From assembly GCA_963768715.1 (NCBI GenBank), contig CAVYJC010000010.1, positions 85,199-149,198 on the forward strand: a stretch of 64,000 bases of DNA, read 5' to 3'. Both the position numbers and the translations under genes were made by a program. The notes beneath the pieces were generated by a model. The model had not been told where the DNA came from. It was given only the letters and a program-made list of their open reading frames with translations, and did not search any database. Below are positions 35,548 through 49,900 of this stretch, piece by piece; the first letter of the stretch is position 1; the number at the start of each line of letters is the position of its first letter. The DNA comes from an uncultured Bacteroidota bacterium (GTDB lineage Bacteria > Bacteroidota > Rhodothermia > Rhodothermales > DATKEJ01).

Positions 35548-37281
35548 ATGGCGAAAGTTGACGTCATAATGCCCAAGATGGGCGAAAGTGTCATGGAAGG
35601 CACTGTCCTGACGTGGCACAAGAAGCCCGGAGATGCTATCGAGGCCGACGAAACGTTGCTCGAAATCGGCACCGACAAGGTGGACTCTGAGATTCCCTCG
35701 CCGTCTGCCGGCACGGTCACCGAAATCAAGGTGCCCGAAGGGGAAACCGTCGCCGTCGGTACGGTCGTGGCCGTGATCGAGACCGAGGCCGATGCAGCCA
35801 TCGTCGAGACGGACCAAAGCCCGTCCCCTGAGGCCCAAGCCGAGGAAGCACCCGCCGAGCAGCCTCCCGTCGAAGCGGAATCCAATCCGCAGGAGACACC
35901 GGCAAGTTCTTCAGACACCTCCATCATCGAAGTGGTGATGCCCAAGATGGGTGAGAGTGTAATGGAGGGGACGGTACTGACCTGGCACAAGAAGGCCGGC
36001 GACCGAATCGAGACGGATGAGTCGTTACTCGAAATCGGCACCGACAAGGTCGATTCCGAAATCCCCTCTCCTGGAGCCGGCATTGTTCAGGAAATCAAAG
36101 TGGCCGAAGGTGAAACGGTCGAAGTGGGCACGCTGTTGGCCACGATTGCGGCCGAAGGAGCCGTGCCGTCACAGAGAACGACCACCGCTGTGCCAGCTCC
36201 CGACACTGCCAGGGCTCCCGAGCCCTCTGCGCCTGCCCCCTCAACCCCATTTCCGGCGATTACTCCGGCTGGAGGCGACGGCATGCCGTCGACCGAAACG
36301 GCACGGCGGGGAAGCGACGGGCGTTTCTACTCTCCCCTCGTACGCTCGATCGCAAAAACCGAAGGGGTAAGCGCCAGCGAACTGCAGGCGATCTCCGGAT
36401 CAGGGCGCGAAGGGCGCGTGACAAAGGATGATATTCTTTCGTACATCGAGCACCGGAGATCGTCAGGCGGCGTAATGACGGCCGTACCCACGCAAACCGT
36501 CGAGGCACCCAAAGCGCCGAACGTCGCAACGCCCGCATCGCCGATCGTCCAAGCGCCCGCATCCGACGGGCGGGTCGAAGTCATCGAGATGGACCGCATG
36601 AGGCAGGTCATCGCCCAGCACATGACGCGTTCGCTTGCGACGTCCGCACACGTCACATCGTTCGCAGAAGCTGACGTGACCAACTTGGTCAGACTGAGGG
36701 AATCGAGGAAAGAGACTTTCGAGGCGCGAGAGGGCGTGCGCCTCACCTATACGCCGTTCTTCGTCAAGGCGGCCGTCGAAGCACTGAGAGAACACCCCAT
36801 TCTCAACGCATCTGTAGAAGAGAATCGGATACTAATTAAGAAGGACTTTCACATCGGAATAGCCGTTGCGATTGACAAAACCGGGCTCGTCGTGCCCGTG
36901 ATTCGCAACGCCGGCGGAATGAACGTTTCGGGCCTGACCCACGCAGCGTCCGACCTTGCCCGCCGCGCTCGAAGCAAGCAACTCCAACCCGACGAACTGC
37001 AGGGCGGTACGTTCACCGTTACCAATGTAGGCTCGCTCGGATCACTCATGGGAACACCAATCATCAATCAACCGCAGGTCGCTATCCTGGCTATGGGGGC
37101 AATAACCAAGCGCCCGGTCGTCAAGGAACACCCCGACCTCGGAGATGTGATTGCCGTCAGACATATGGTGTACCTGTCATTGAGCTACGATCACCGGATT
37201 ATCGACGGGGCAATGGGGGCATCGTTCTTGCGCCACCTCGTCAGCAATCTCGAAGCGATCGGGCTCGACTATCCGCTCTGA
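35548..37281 (+). CDS. 2-oxoacid dehydrogenase E2 (dihydrolipoamide acyltransferase) with two lipoyl domains
   Basis: Two near-identical lipoyl domains (EIGTDKVDSEIPSP), E3-binding SPLVRSIA...GSGREGRVTKDD and catalytic DHRIIDG. Substrate (sucB versus branched-chain) cannot be determined here. Confidence 0.94.
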   Translation: MAKVDVIMPKMGESVMEGTVLTWHKKPGDAIEADETLLEIGTDKVDSEIPSPSAGTVTEIKVPEGETVAVGTVVAVIETEADAAIVETDQSPSPEAQAEEAPAEQPPVEAESNPQETPASSSDTSIIEVVMPKMGESVMEGTVLTWHKKAGDRIETDESLLEIGTDKVDSEIPSPGAGIVQEIKVAEGETVEVGTLLATIAAEGAVPSQRTTTAVPAPDTARAPEPSAPAPSTPFPAITPAGGDGMPSTETARRGSDGRFYSPLVRSIAKTEGVSASELQAISGSGREGRVTKDDILSYIEHRRSSGGVMTAVPTQTVEAPKAPNVATPASPIVQAPASDGRVEVIEMDRMRQVIAQHMTRSLATSAHVTSFAEADVTNLVRLRESRKETFEAREGVRLTYTPFFVKAAVEALREHPILNASVEENRILIKKDFHIGIAVAIDKTGLVVPVIRNAGGMNVSGLTHAASDLARRARSKQLQPDELQGGTFTVTNVGSLGSLMGTPIINQPQVAILAMGAITKRPVVKEHPDLGDVIAVRHMVYLSLSYDHRIIDGAMGASFLRHLVSNLEAIGLDYPL

Positions 37282-37385
37282 GTTAAATAGTTACCGCTAA
37301 ATAGAAACTCCGGCCCAACGACTGGGCTCGCCTGAGGGACTCGGACGACAGTTCGTCCGCAAATCGGGTTACATGTCGACAAGCC

Positions 37386-38309
37386 ATGCCGGGACCACCC
37401 CTAAAACTGTCCGTTGCCGAGCTCGACCAGAGACTCGAGGAATTCGCTGGTTCATACCTGCGTAGCAAGAGTCCCGAAACCGTCGGCACATATCGAAGGG
37501 CCTTGAACGAATTCCAGAGATGGTTCGCCGTTCAGCGACCTAAATTCCTCTTCAGGGTAGACGACATCGAGTCATACAAGGAGTACTTGATGAAGACACG
37601 CGGACTCCATCAGGTTTCGGTTTCAACCTACCTGACCGCTCTCCGGCGATTTGCGCAATATCTTGTGGATGTCGGTCTTCTGGACGAGAATCCGGCCCGG
37701 GCCGTAAAGGGCAATCGTCGGCCAAGCACGCATTCGCGAGCAGTACTTACCGAGGACGAGATCGATCGCTTATTCAGGGCCGTCGACACCTCATCACCGA
37801 TAGGACTTCGGGATGAAGCGATCATATTCTCGATGCTTTACGCCGGATTGAGCGAAATTGAGATCGTGCGTGCGAATGTAGAGGACCTCGAGCAGACTCT
37901 GCTTGGCTGGTATCTCCGCGTGCAGGGGAAAGGCCACCAGGTAAAGGATCAGCAGGTCGTTCTTGATCCCCCCGTCATGAGCAAGATCAGAACGTACCTT
38001 GATACGAGGACGGGGCTAAAACCGGCCGATGCCCTGTTCGTTTCTCACGGCCATCGATCCGAGGGAGAGCGATTGAACACACGGTCGGTAAGGAGCCGCA
38101 TTCGGCACCATCTGATGATCGCGAAAATAAAGCGTCCGGGCGTCACGCCTCACAGCCTGACACACACCGCGGCGCTTATCTGGTTGAACGACGGGTTGAG
38201 CGTGGAAGAGGTGAAAGAGCGCATGCGTCACGGAACGCTCGACACAACAATGATCTACCTCAGAAAAAAGGGACTGCTCAAGCGCCGAGCCGCCGAAAGC
38301 GGGGCGTGA
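37386..38309 (+). CDS. XerC/D-like tyrosine recombinase family protein with both catalytic Arg substituted
   Basis: SAM-like core-binding domain (SPETVGTYRR, STYLTALRRF, NPA), RDEAII..YAGLS, VQGKG, ALFVS, TPHSLTHT and MRHGTLDTTMIY. Confidence 0.9.
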   Translation: MPGPPLKLSVAELDQRLEEFAGSYLRSKSPETVGTYRRALNEFQRWFAVQRPKFLFRVDDIESYKEYLMKTRGLHQVSVSTYLTALRRFAQYLVDVGLLDENPARAVKGNRRPSTHSRAVLTEDEIDRLFRAVDTSSPIGLRDEAIIFSMLYAGLSEIEIVRANVEDLEQTLLGWYLRVQGKGHQVKDQQVVLDPPVMSKIRTYLDTRTGLKPADALFVSHGHRSEGERLNTRSVRSRIRHHLMIAKIKRPGVTPHSLTHTAALIWLNDGLSVEEVKERMRHGTLDTTMIYLRKKGLLKRRAAESGA

Positions 38310-38345
38310 CCGGTACGAAGGCAGGCACTTCTCAAAGTCGTCTCT

Positions 38346-38654
38346 ATGTTGTCTCCAAGAAAGACATCGGGAAGGGAGGTTCACTTGAAAGCTGGCAAGT
38401 GGACCACCGTTGCGGTCAACAAGGGCCTTCGACCAAAGCATCTCTATGTCGAGGTCTGGGCTCCTCGAACAGCCTCCTGGCGCCGGATCGGGATTTTGCC
38501 CGGTTTCGGACGTTTCAGGCAGTTCCTTTCGACCTTGCTGCCCCTGGGAATTGTTCAGGTAAAGATCCGTGAGAATCGGACCTGCAACGTGACCATCGGC
38601 CATTCAGCTGAAATTGTACAGCCTGAACCGCGGCCGGAAAACGACGATCTCTGA
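38346..38654 (+). CDS. Hypothetical small basic beta-rich protein
   Basis: Fills the gap between the recombinase and the convergent protease, with 8 nt between the stops. An alternative TTG start at 38385 follows GGAGGT. No motif recognised. Confidence 0.45.
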   Translation: MLSPRKTSGREVHLKAGKWTTVAVNKGLRPKHLYVEVWAPRTASWRRIGILPGFGRFRQFLSTLLPLGIVQVKIRENRTCNVTIGHSAEIVQPEPRPENDDL

Positions 38655-38662
38655 CGAACCGG

Positions 38663-42745
<4,083 letters not shown>

Positions 42746-42755
42746 ACTGAAACTG

Positions 42756-43175
42756 ATGGCTACCGGATTACTTGTAGAGGTCGTCGCACCTGACCGTTCC
42801 GTCTTCAAAGGCGAGGCGATCCGGTTTCGAGCACCGGGCGTAAAAGGCTCATTCGAAGTGCTGAGGAACCACGCTCCGCTGCTGGCTGCCACGGGTATCG
42901 GTCCGGTCTACATCACGACGCAGTCTGGCGAAAAATGCGTGCTGGCATCCAGCGGCGGTTTCGTGCAAGTCGTCAACAATCGTGTGATCATGATTGTCGA
43001 AGCGGCAGAGCCGGCTTCGGAGATCGACATCAACAGGGCGCGGGCCGCCGAGGACCGGGCTAAGGAACAGCTCGAGCACCCGAACCCGGGTGATCGCGAG
43101 CAGTGGGAACTGGCGCTTGCGCGGGCCAGAAATCGCTTGCGGGTTGCCATGGGAGCCGTCGGTACCCGCTCTTAG
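42756..43175 (+). CDS. atpC: F0F1 ATP synthase subunit epsilon
   Basis: VEVVAPD, GSFEVLRNHAPL, SGGFVQV and a C-terminal helical hairpin ending RARNRL. Confidence 0.96.
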   Translation: MATGLLVEVVAPDRSVFKGEAIRFRAPGVKGSFEVLRNHAPLLAATGIGPVYITTQSGEKCVLASSGGFVQVVNNRVIMIVEAAEPASEIDINRARAAEDRAKEQLEHPNPGDREQWELALARARNRLRVAMGAVGTRS

Positions 43176-43232
43176 ATCGCCACGAACTGGCGCCGCCGCT
43201 TACGGCCGAAGCGTTCACATCGGGAGACGATC

Positions 43233-44408
43233 ATGTTCATCCATGACCTGCCTACACCCTGCGTACTGATTGAGCAGACGCGGCTCGAGAGCAACATCGC
43301 AGGTATGGCGGCCAGGGCCGGCGATAACCAGGTAATACTCCGGCCGCACGTCAAGACACACAAGTCAATCGCCCTGGCGAGACGTCAGATCGGATCGGGG
43401 GCCAAAGGAATTACCGTTGCCAAGCCGAGCGAGGCCGCCGTATTTGCCCACGCAGGATTTTCAGACATCCGCATCGCTTATGCCACGGCCACCCAACACC
43501 ACTTCGAAAGCATTGCCGACCTGATGGATCGCAGCAGGATCTCCTTTTGCGTGGATACCATGGATGGCGCAAACGCCGCATCCGAATTCTTCCACGCACG
43601 AGGGATGACGGCCGGAATTCTTGTCGAGGTCGACTGCGGATATGGACGATGCGGCGTGGCATGGGACGACCCGGACGCGCTCGACTTCGTTCGCGTCGTT
43701 TCAGCCCTTCCCGGACTAGATCTATTGGGGATTCTGACGCATGCCGGACACGCCTATGGCGCACCGGGAGAAAACGATGCATCGCCTCGCGCCGCCGTCG
43801 CTCGGATTGCCGCCGAAGAACGAGACAGGATGCTCACGTTTGCCTCACACCTTTTCGCTGCCGGCGCTGTGGAGATGGACCGGGAGCACTTTGAGATCAG
43901 CATCGGCTCTACGCCAACGATGTCAGCCTTCAAAAACGAGTCGAGAGACGGTTTGCAGATTACAGAGATACGTCCGGGCAATTACATCTTTAACGATGCG
44001 ATCCAGGTAGCGCTCGGCGTTGCGCCTCTGCGCGACTGCGCCTTGACGGTATTGGCGAGTGTCATCAGCAAACATCGCGATCGCCATGGGTCGCACGAAC
44101 GACTCTTCCTCGACGCCGGCCGGAAGATCCTGACTTCGGATACCGGATTCGGGACGGACGGCTTCGGCACGATACTGCACAGTGCCACGACGATGAATCC
44201 GCTTCCGCACGCGCGCATCAACAAACTGTCGGAGGAGCACGGTTGGGTCGACGTTCCGGGCGGCTCGACGTTTTCGGTAGGTGACAGAGTCCGTATCGTT
44301 CCCAACCACGCTTGCGTGGTCGTCAACACACAGCACGCGCTCCACATCGTCGACGGCGAGACGCGGGTAATGCAAATTGCTGTAGATGCACAGGGTTGCG
44401 TAACCTGA
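43233..44408 (+). CDS. Fold-type III PLP enzyme (D-threonine aldolase/D-serine dehydratase DSD1 family)
   Basis: LPTP, RPHVKTHK (PLP Lys), RCGV, HAGH, EIRPGNY, SEEHG and PNHAC. Confidence 0.9.
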   Translation: MFIHDLPTPCVLIEQTRLESNIAGMAARAGDNQVILRPHVKTHKSIALARRQIGSGAKGITVAKPSEAAVFAHAGFSDIRIAYATATQHHFESIADLMDRSRISFCVDTMDGANAASEFFHARGMTAGILVEVDCGYGRCGVAWDDPDALDFVRVVSALPGLDLLGILTHAGHAYGAPGENDASPRAAVARIAAEERDRMLTFASHLFAAGAVEMDREHFEISIGSTPTMSAFKNESRDGLQITEIRPGNYIFNDAIQVALGVAPLRDCALTVLASVISKHRDRHGSHERLFLDAGRKILTSDTGFGTDGFGTILHSATTMNPLPHARINKLSEEHGWVDVPGGSTFSVGDRVRIVPNHACVVVNTQHALHIVDGETRVMQIAVDAQGCVT

Positions 44409-44638
44409 GGAGACTCGACCCGGTCTGTCAACCGATGGGTGATCGCCTTGTTGTCTATCCAAATGAGGAACTTTCACTCCGTATCGTGGAGTACTTAGAA
44501 AGTAATTCCGACCCGACCGGGGCGCTGTTTGATTTTGCCCGGTCGCCGCGCGCTTCCTGAAAGTTTTCCTCTGAGGGATGTGACGCCGGAGTCTCCGGCG
44601 GTTCGATGATTGAATCTAATTGACGTTGGTCTCTTCTT

Positions 44639-45385
44639 ATGTCAGGACATAGCAAATGGTCTAAGATCAAGCGAAAGAAAGGCGCCAACGACGCAAAGCG
44701 TTCGAAGGTATGGGCGCGCATCACGCGAGACCTGATGATTGCCGCCAGAGAGGGCGGTGGTAACCCGGATATGAACGCCCGGCTGGCTATGTCAGTCGAG
44801 AAGGCCAAGGCCGAGAACATGCCGAAGGACAACATCGATCGAGCGATCAAGCGTGGGACGGGCGAAATTGAAGGCGCCGATTACGTCGAGGTCGCCTATG
44901 AAGGGTACGGCCCACACGGCGTCGCCTTCTTCGTAGAGGTTCTGACGGACAACACGAATCGTTCGGTCGCCGACATTCGACATCTGTTCAGTAAAATGGG
45001 CGGCAATCTCGGTACGTCCGGCTCCGTTGCGTTCCAGTTCGATCGCAAGGGCCTGATTGAAGTACCGGCGGGCTCGCTCTCCGAATCGGATCTCTTCGAC
45101 CTCGTTGCAGACGCAGGCGCAGAGGACCTGGAACTGGATGACGACATGTTCACGATCACGACATCGGTCGAGGCATTCGGGCCCGTTGTCTCCGCGCTCA
45201 GTGATGCCGAGGTCGAACCCGAGTCGGCCAGTCTGGTCCGTATCCCGTCGACGACCACCGCGCTTACCCCGGATGAGGCTGGAAAAGTGATGCGCCTGAT
45301 GGAAATGCTCGAAGATCATCAGGACGTACAGGCCGTGTTCACGACGCTCGAACTGGACGATGCGGCGATCGCCGCGATGTCCTGA
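44639..45385 (+). CDS. yebC: YebC/PmpR family protein
   Basis: MSGHSKWSKIKRKKG, MPKDNIDRAIK, YEGYGPHG and TDNTNR. Confidence 0.97.
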   Translation: MSGHSKWSKIKRKKGANDAKRSKVWARITRDLMIAAREGGGNPDMNARLAMSVEKAKAENMPKDNIDRAIKRGTGEIEGADYVEVAYEGYGPHGVAFFVEVLTDNTNRSVADIRHLFSKMGGNLGTSGSVAFQFDRKGLIEVPAGSLSESDLFDLVADAGAEDLELDDDMFTITTSVEAFGPVVSALSDAEVEPESASLVRIPSTTTALTPDEAGKVMRLMEMLEDHQDVQAVFTTLELDDAAIAAMS

Positions 45386-45393
45386 GGCGCCAA

Positions 45394-45930
45394 ATGATCG
45401 TTCTGGGCATTGACCCGGGTTCGCGGATTACTGGATACGGCGTCATTGAGATCACCGCCGGTAAACAGAGAGTATTGGACTACGGGGCCGTGCGCCCGGA
45501 AGGAAAGGACCACGCTCTCCGTCTCGCTCAGATCCATGCCGCCGTCACGCAGGTTCTCGTAGACACGCAGCCGGATGCCTGCGCGATTGAAATGCCGGTC
45601 TATGCCCGAAATGCCCAGTCGATGCTCAAGCTTGGCCGAGCACAGGCCGCCGCCATGCTGGCAGCGCTGAATCGGCAGATACCCGTTGTCGAATACACTC
45701 CGAAAGAGGTCAAAAAGTCGGTGACGGGCAATGGAAACGCAACGAAGGCGCAGGTCTGGTACATGATTAAGAAGATGCTCGCGCTGGAGGAAGACCGAGG
45801 ACTCGACGCCGCCGACGCATTGGCAGTCGGACTGTGTCACGCACACCGACTGGGAAGCGGACATGCCGCCAAAGGTGGAAAGTCGTGGGCGTCGTTCGTG
45901 CGTGACAATCCAGATCGCGTACGACCGTAG
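45394..45930 (+). CDS. ruvC: Holliday junction resolvase RuvC
   Basis: LGIDPGSRITGYG, IE, VKKSVTGNGNATKAQV and DAADALAV. Confidence 0.97.
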   Translation: MIVLGIDPGSRITGYGVIEITAGKQRVLDYGAVRPEGKDHALRLAQIHAAVTQVLVDTQPDACAIEMPVYARNAQSMLKLGRAQAAAMLAALNRQIPVVEYTPKEVKKSVTGNGNATKAQVWYMIKKMLALEEDRGLDAADALAVGLCHAHRLGSGHAAKGGKSWASFVRDNPDRVRP

Positions 45931-45966
45931 TCGGCGATCTCCGTAGAATCTCGTAACGACGATCCG

Positions 45967-46248
45967 TTAATCGTAGTAGTATCCGCGCTCTTCGTCACGA
46001 ACGCGGACTACCTCCGCCACTTCATCCATGTCTAGACGCCCCTCACTCATCACATTGATTGAGTGAGCGATCTGACGATCTTTGTTGGGCGCCTGGTTCC
46101 ATTCAGGATGAGCATGCTCGATCACGCTGATCAGGATTCGGAGATATGGATACCTGGCCTCCTTATTCTCCATTTCCGAAACGGCACGTGCGAAAAGCTC
46201 GGAGTTACGACCGACTTGACGGTCGACGATTTTATTAAGCGCTTTCAT
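45967..46248 (-). CDS. Short DUF4290-like hypothetical protein
   Basis: The pattern GRN...E.KEAR...LISVI...HP...MS..RLD resembles the N-terminal half of Bacteroidota DUF4290 (from recall). A GAGGAG SD precedes the ATG. Confidence 0.65.
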   Translation of the reverse strand: MKALNKIVDRQVGRNSELFARAVSEMENKEARYPYLRILISVIEHAHPEWNQAPNKDRQIAHSINVMSEGRLDMDEVAEVVRVRDEERGYYYD

Positions 46249-46394
46249 GATAGTCTCCTCGGTGGAGCGGAAATGACTATCGAGGTCACTGACCGAATTG
46301 AATAATTGAATCGTTGAAACATGGTCAACAAATCATGAGTTCCCGTCACCATGGATCTAACTGAAATCTTGCATCTATGTATCTTACCGGATGC

Positions 46395-46676
46395 ATGAAG
46401 GAACGAATGTCGATTCTTGCGACACGATATCGTCTGGACCTGTTGCCGCCGATTTTTCCGTTTCACAGAAGGGCGCGACGAGGGCTGCTCGCAGAAGGCG
46501 AGTTGGTCTACTACGGCCCAATGCCGTCCTACTACGGAATCGGTGAAATTCTCCGTGTGAGCGATCGGTATATCGTAGTCGATTTTCGCGGAACCGGTCA
46601 GTTCGGCGTACACGAGGACACGCTCGCACCTGAATACCTCATCCCAATCCCCCCCTCAAGCCTGCAACTTCTTTAG
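46395..46676 (+). CDS. Hypothetical small protein, SH3/Tudor-like beta barrel
   Basis: GELVYY...YGIGEILRV...IVVDF pattern. The start is uncertain (46377, 46395 or 46407). Confidence 0.65.
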   Translation: MKERMSILATRYRLDLLPPIFPFHRRARRGLLAEGELVYYGPMPSYYGIGEILRVSDRYIVVDFRGTGQFGVHEDTLAPEYLIPIPPSSLQLL

Positions 46677-46921
46677 GGAGATCACACCGCGCAACCGTCC
46701 ATGGCCTGACGAGGGCACATCGGTATCCCTCAAAGGAACAGCCGACTCAACCCTTCGTAATCATCCGACGGTTGCTCGGGCGAAAATTCAGGCTGAACAT
46801 CCTTGTTGCTTTTCACGCCGCAGCGGCGGCTGATACAGCACCGAGATGGAGCCATCAACGTGTCTGCTGAGCAATCTGCTAGTTGTCGGATATGGGACCT
46901 GCCATGGGAAACAATCATCGT

Positions 46922-49900
46922 ATGATTCGGAGCCTCGCCTGGACGCTTACGCTGGCGGCCGTATTGCTATGGGCCCCCGAAAGCCTGCAGGCTCAGTACT
47001 TCCGGTTCGGCAAGAATAAAGTGCAGTACCAGTCGAAGGATTGGTTCTACGTCCAGTCAAAACACTTCGACGTTTATTACTACGAGCCCGGGGGGAAATA
47101 CCTCGCCGAATTCGCCGCGCGCGCGGCCGAAGACTCATACGTCGATATCTCGAAGGACTTCCAGCATGAGATCTCCGACCGGATCGCCATTCTCGTCTAC
47201 CAGAGCCACAACGACTTTGCTGTCAACAATGCCGCCCCGCTACCTGAATACGCCGAGGGAATCGGGGGCGTGACGGAGTTGTTCAAGAACCGAATCGCGA
47301 TTCCTTTCACAGGCGACTATCGCAGTTTCCAACGGGTGATTCACCACGAGCTGGTCCACGCCGTCATCAACGACATGTTTTACGGTGGTTCCATTCAGTC
47401 CATCATTCAGAACAACATCAGCCTGCGGATTCCCGCCTGGTTCAACGAGGGTCTGGCCGAATACGAGGCGCTCGGATGGGACACGCAGTCGGATATGTAT
47501 ATCCGTGACGCCATCCTCAACGACAACCTGGCGCCGATTCCCTACCTCTCGGGCTATTTCGCCTACCGAGGCGGACAGAGTGTGTGGGACTACGTGAGCG
47601 AGCAGTACGGGCGTGAGAAAATCGGCGAAATCATGCAGCGGCTTCGCCTGACCCGCTCGGTCGAGGCTAGTTTCCAGAGGGCGACAGGATTGACTTTGGA
47701 GGAGTTGTCGGAACGCTGGCAAAAGGCGCTGAAGAAAGTGCACTGGCCGGAAATGGCGGCCCGAGAAGATCTGGACGAGATTGCCAAACCGATCGTTACG
47801 CGGGAGAAGGGATACTACAATACGAGCGCCGCCATTTCGCCGCAGGGCGATCGGATCGCCTACATCTCCACGAAAGATGGGCTGTTCGACGTCTACATCA
47901 CGAACGCGAATGACGGCAGGAAAATTGAAAAACTCATCGACGGACAGGATAACACGGAGTTCGAAAGCCTGAAGATCCTTACCCCGGGTATCAGTTGGAG
48001 TCCGAACGGACGTCAGATCGCCATCGCCGTCAAGAGCGGCTCGAGCGACGCCATCACCGTCGTCGACGTTCGAACAAAGAAGTCGACTCAGTATCGCATT
48101 CCCGGAATCGACGCAATCATATCCGTCGCCTGGAGTCCTGACGGAGGAAGGATTGCGTTCTCCGGCTCCATGGATGCCCAGACGGACATCTTCGTGCTCG
48201 ACATGGCGAGCCAGGAGACCGTAAATATTACGAACGACATCTTCTCCGACCACGAGCCGTCGTGGAATCCGGATGGAACGGCCATCGTGTTCCACAGCGA
48301 CCGGGGTGATTACACGCAGCTGGGGCGGTTCCGACCCGACAATTTTGAGATGATCGACCACGACTACAGTCAGTTCGACATCTATCGCGTCGTGCTGGGT
48401 TCTGCGGAAGCTGAACGATTGACGTTCGACGAGACGTGGGACGATCGCAGCGCCAAGTTCGGTGACGACCCGAACAAGCTCCTCTTCATCTCGGATCGGA
48501 ATGGTATCTACAACCTCTATGAGAAGGACCTGATCACGGGTCGTGAGCGCCCGTTGACGGACGTGCTCGTTGGAATCATGCAGGTGTCGCTCTCGCGAGA
48601 CGCCAACAAGGCGGCGATCGTAAGCCTTAAGGAGGGCACGCCTTCGATCTTCATGTTGAAGACGCCCTTCGATCGCCAAATCAAGGGAGACAGACTTGTG
48701 CCCAACGTCTGGGCTGAGCGCGTGATGCAGGACAGCGAGGGACCGAAGGCCCCGGCGATCACGCTGGCTTCGGAGGCCACGCTGCAGCGAAACCCGCTCC
48801 TCCGCGACGCCTCCGACGGTGTTCCTTTCGTGAAAACATTGGAGCGGCATCCCTCAGGGGCTTTGGCGTCCCGATCGACTACGACAGGAATGGGGACCGA
48901 CGGCGAGAACACGGGCGAAAAGGCGGCGCCCAAAGACACGAGTCAGGCCTTGACGAGTCTCGACAAGATCGATTTCCGCAATTACGTCTTTTCTGATGCC
49001 TTCGACGCACCGAAGGAGGACAGCGAAGTCGACGAGGAGTACATCAATCCCTTTGAGCCTGAAGACAACGTTACCAAGGACGGCCATCTGAAGCAGAAGA
49101 AGTACAAGCTGACCTTCTCTCCCGACATCATTTACGGCACGGCCGGCTACGACGCGCTGTATGGGGGCGTTCAGGGACTGACGCAGATGATGTTCAGCGA
49201 CGTGCTCGGTAATCACCAGATATATGCCGCGACGAATCTGCTCATCGATCTTCGGAACTCCGACTACCTGATTGCCTACAGTTACCTGCCCAAGCGGATC
49301 GACTACACGCTGAGTGTTTTCCATTCCGCGCGCATCCTTACGGCGAACGGGGGATTCTCATACTTCCGCTATCGCTACTACGGCGGGGGCGGCAGCATGA
49401 GCCTGCCTCTCGACAAGTTCCGACGGCTTGACTTCAGCTTGTCGCTGATGGACGTCAGCCAGACCGACATCAACAACGTGACCGTGCCCTCTGAGTCGAA
49501 AGCGTTCCTTTACCCCTCGTTATCGTACACAAAGGATGTCACGATTCCAGGCTATATCGCCCCTGCCAGCGGCTACCGTTACGCCGTGAGCCTGTCAGGG
49601 ACACCGGGAGGGATTTCCAACATTCGCTTCGGGACCCTGCTCGGTGATTTCCGATTCTATCAGTCGCTCGGCTATGGTTACACGATTGCATTCCGTGGCT
49701 CTGCCGCGAAATCGTTCGGTCCGAACGCCCAGCGCTTCTATTCGACAGGCGTAGCGAACTGGATCAACAACTCGTTCGACAACTACAACGGCTTCCCGAT
49801 TACAGAAGTCTCGGACTTCGTGTTCGCGACACCCGTTATGCCGATTCGAGGCGCCGAAATCAACACGCAGAACGGGACCTATTTCGGCTTGGCCAACGCC

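Noticed and set aside
35557-36150. Internal DNA duplication in the E2 gene
   Set aside because: Ordinary tandem lipoyl domains.
37386-38654. Integrase marking a prophage or genomic island
   Set aside because: No att direct repeats, adjacent tRNA, phage or conjugation genes, or obvious composition shift, and the catalytic arginines are absent.
44435-44560. 41-codon ORF (MGDRLVVYPNEELSLRIVEYLES...) and several hairpins upstream of yebC
   Set aside because: No properly spaced SD or motif, and short GC-rich stems are expected by chance; not supportable without comparative data.
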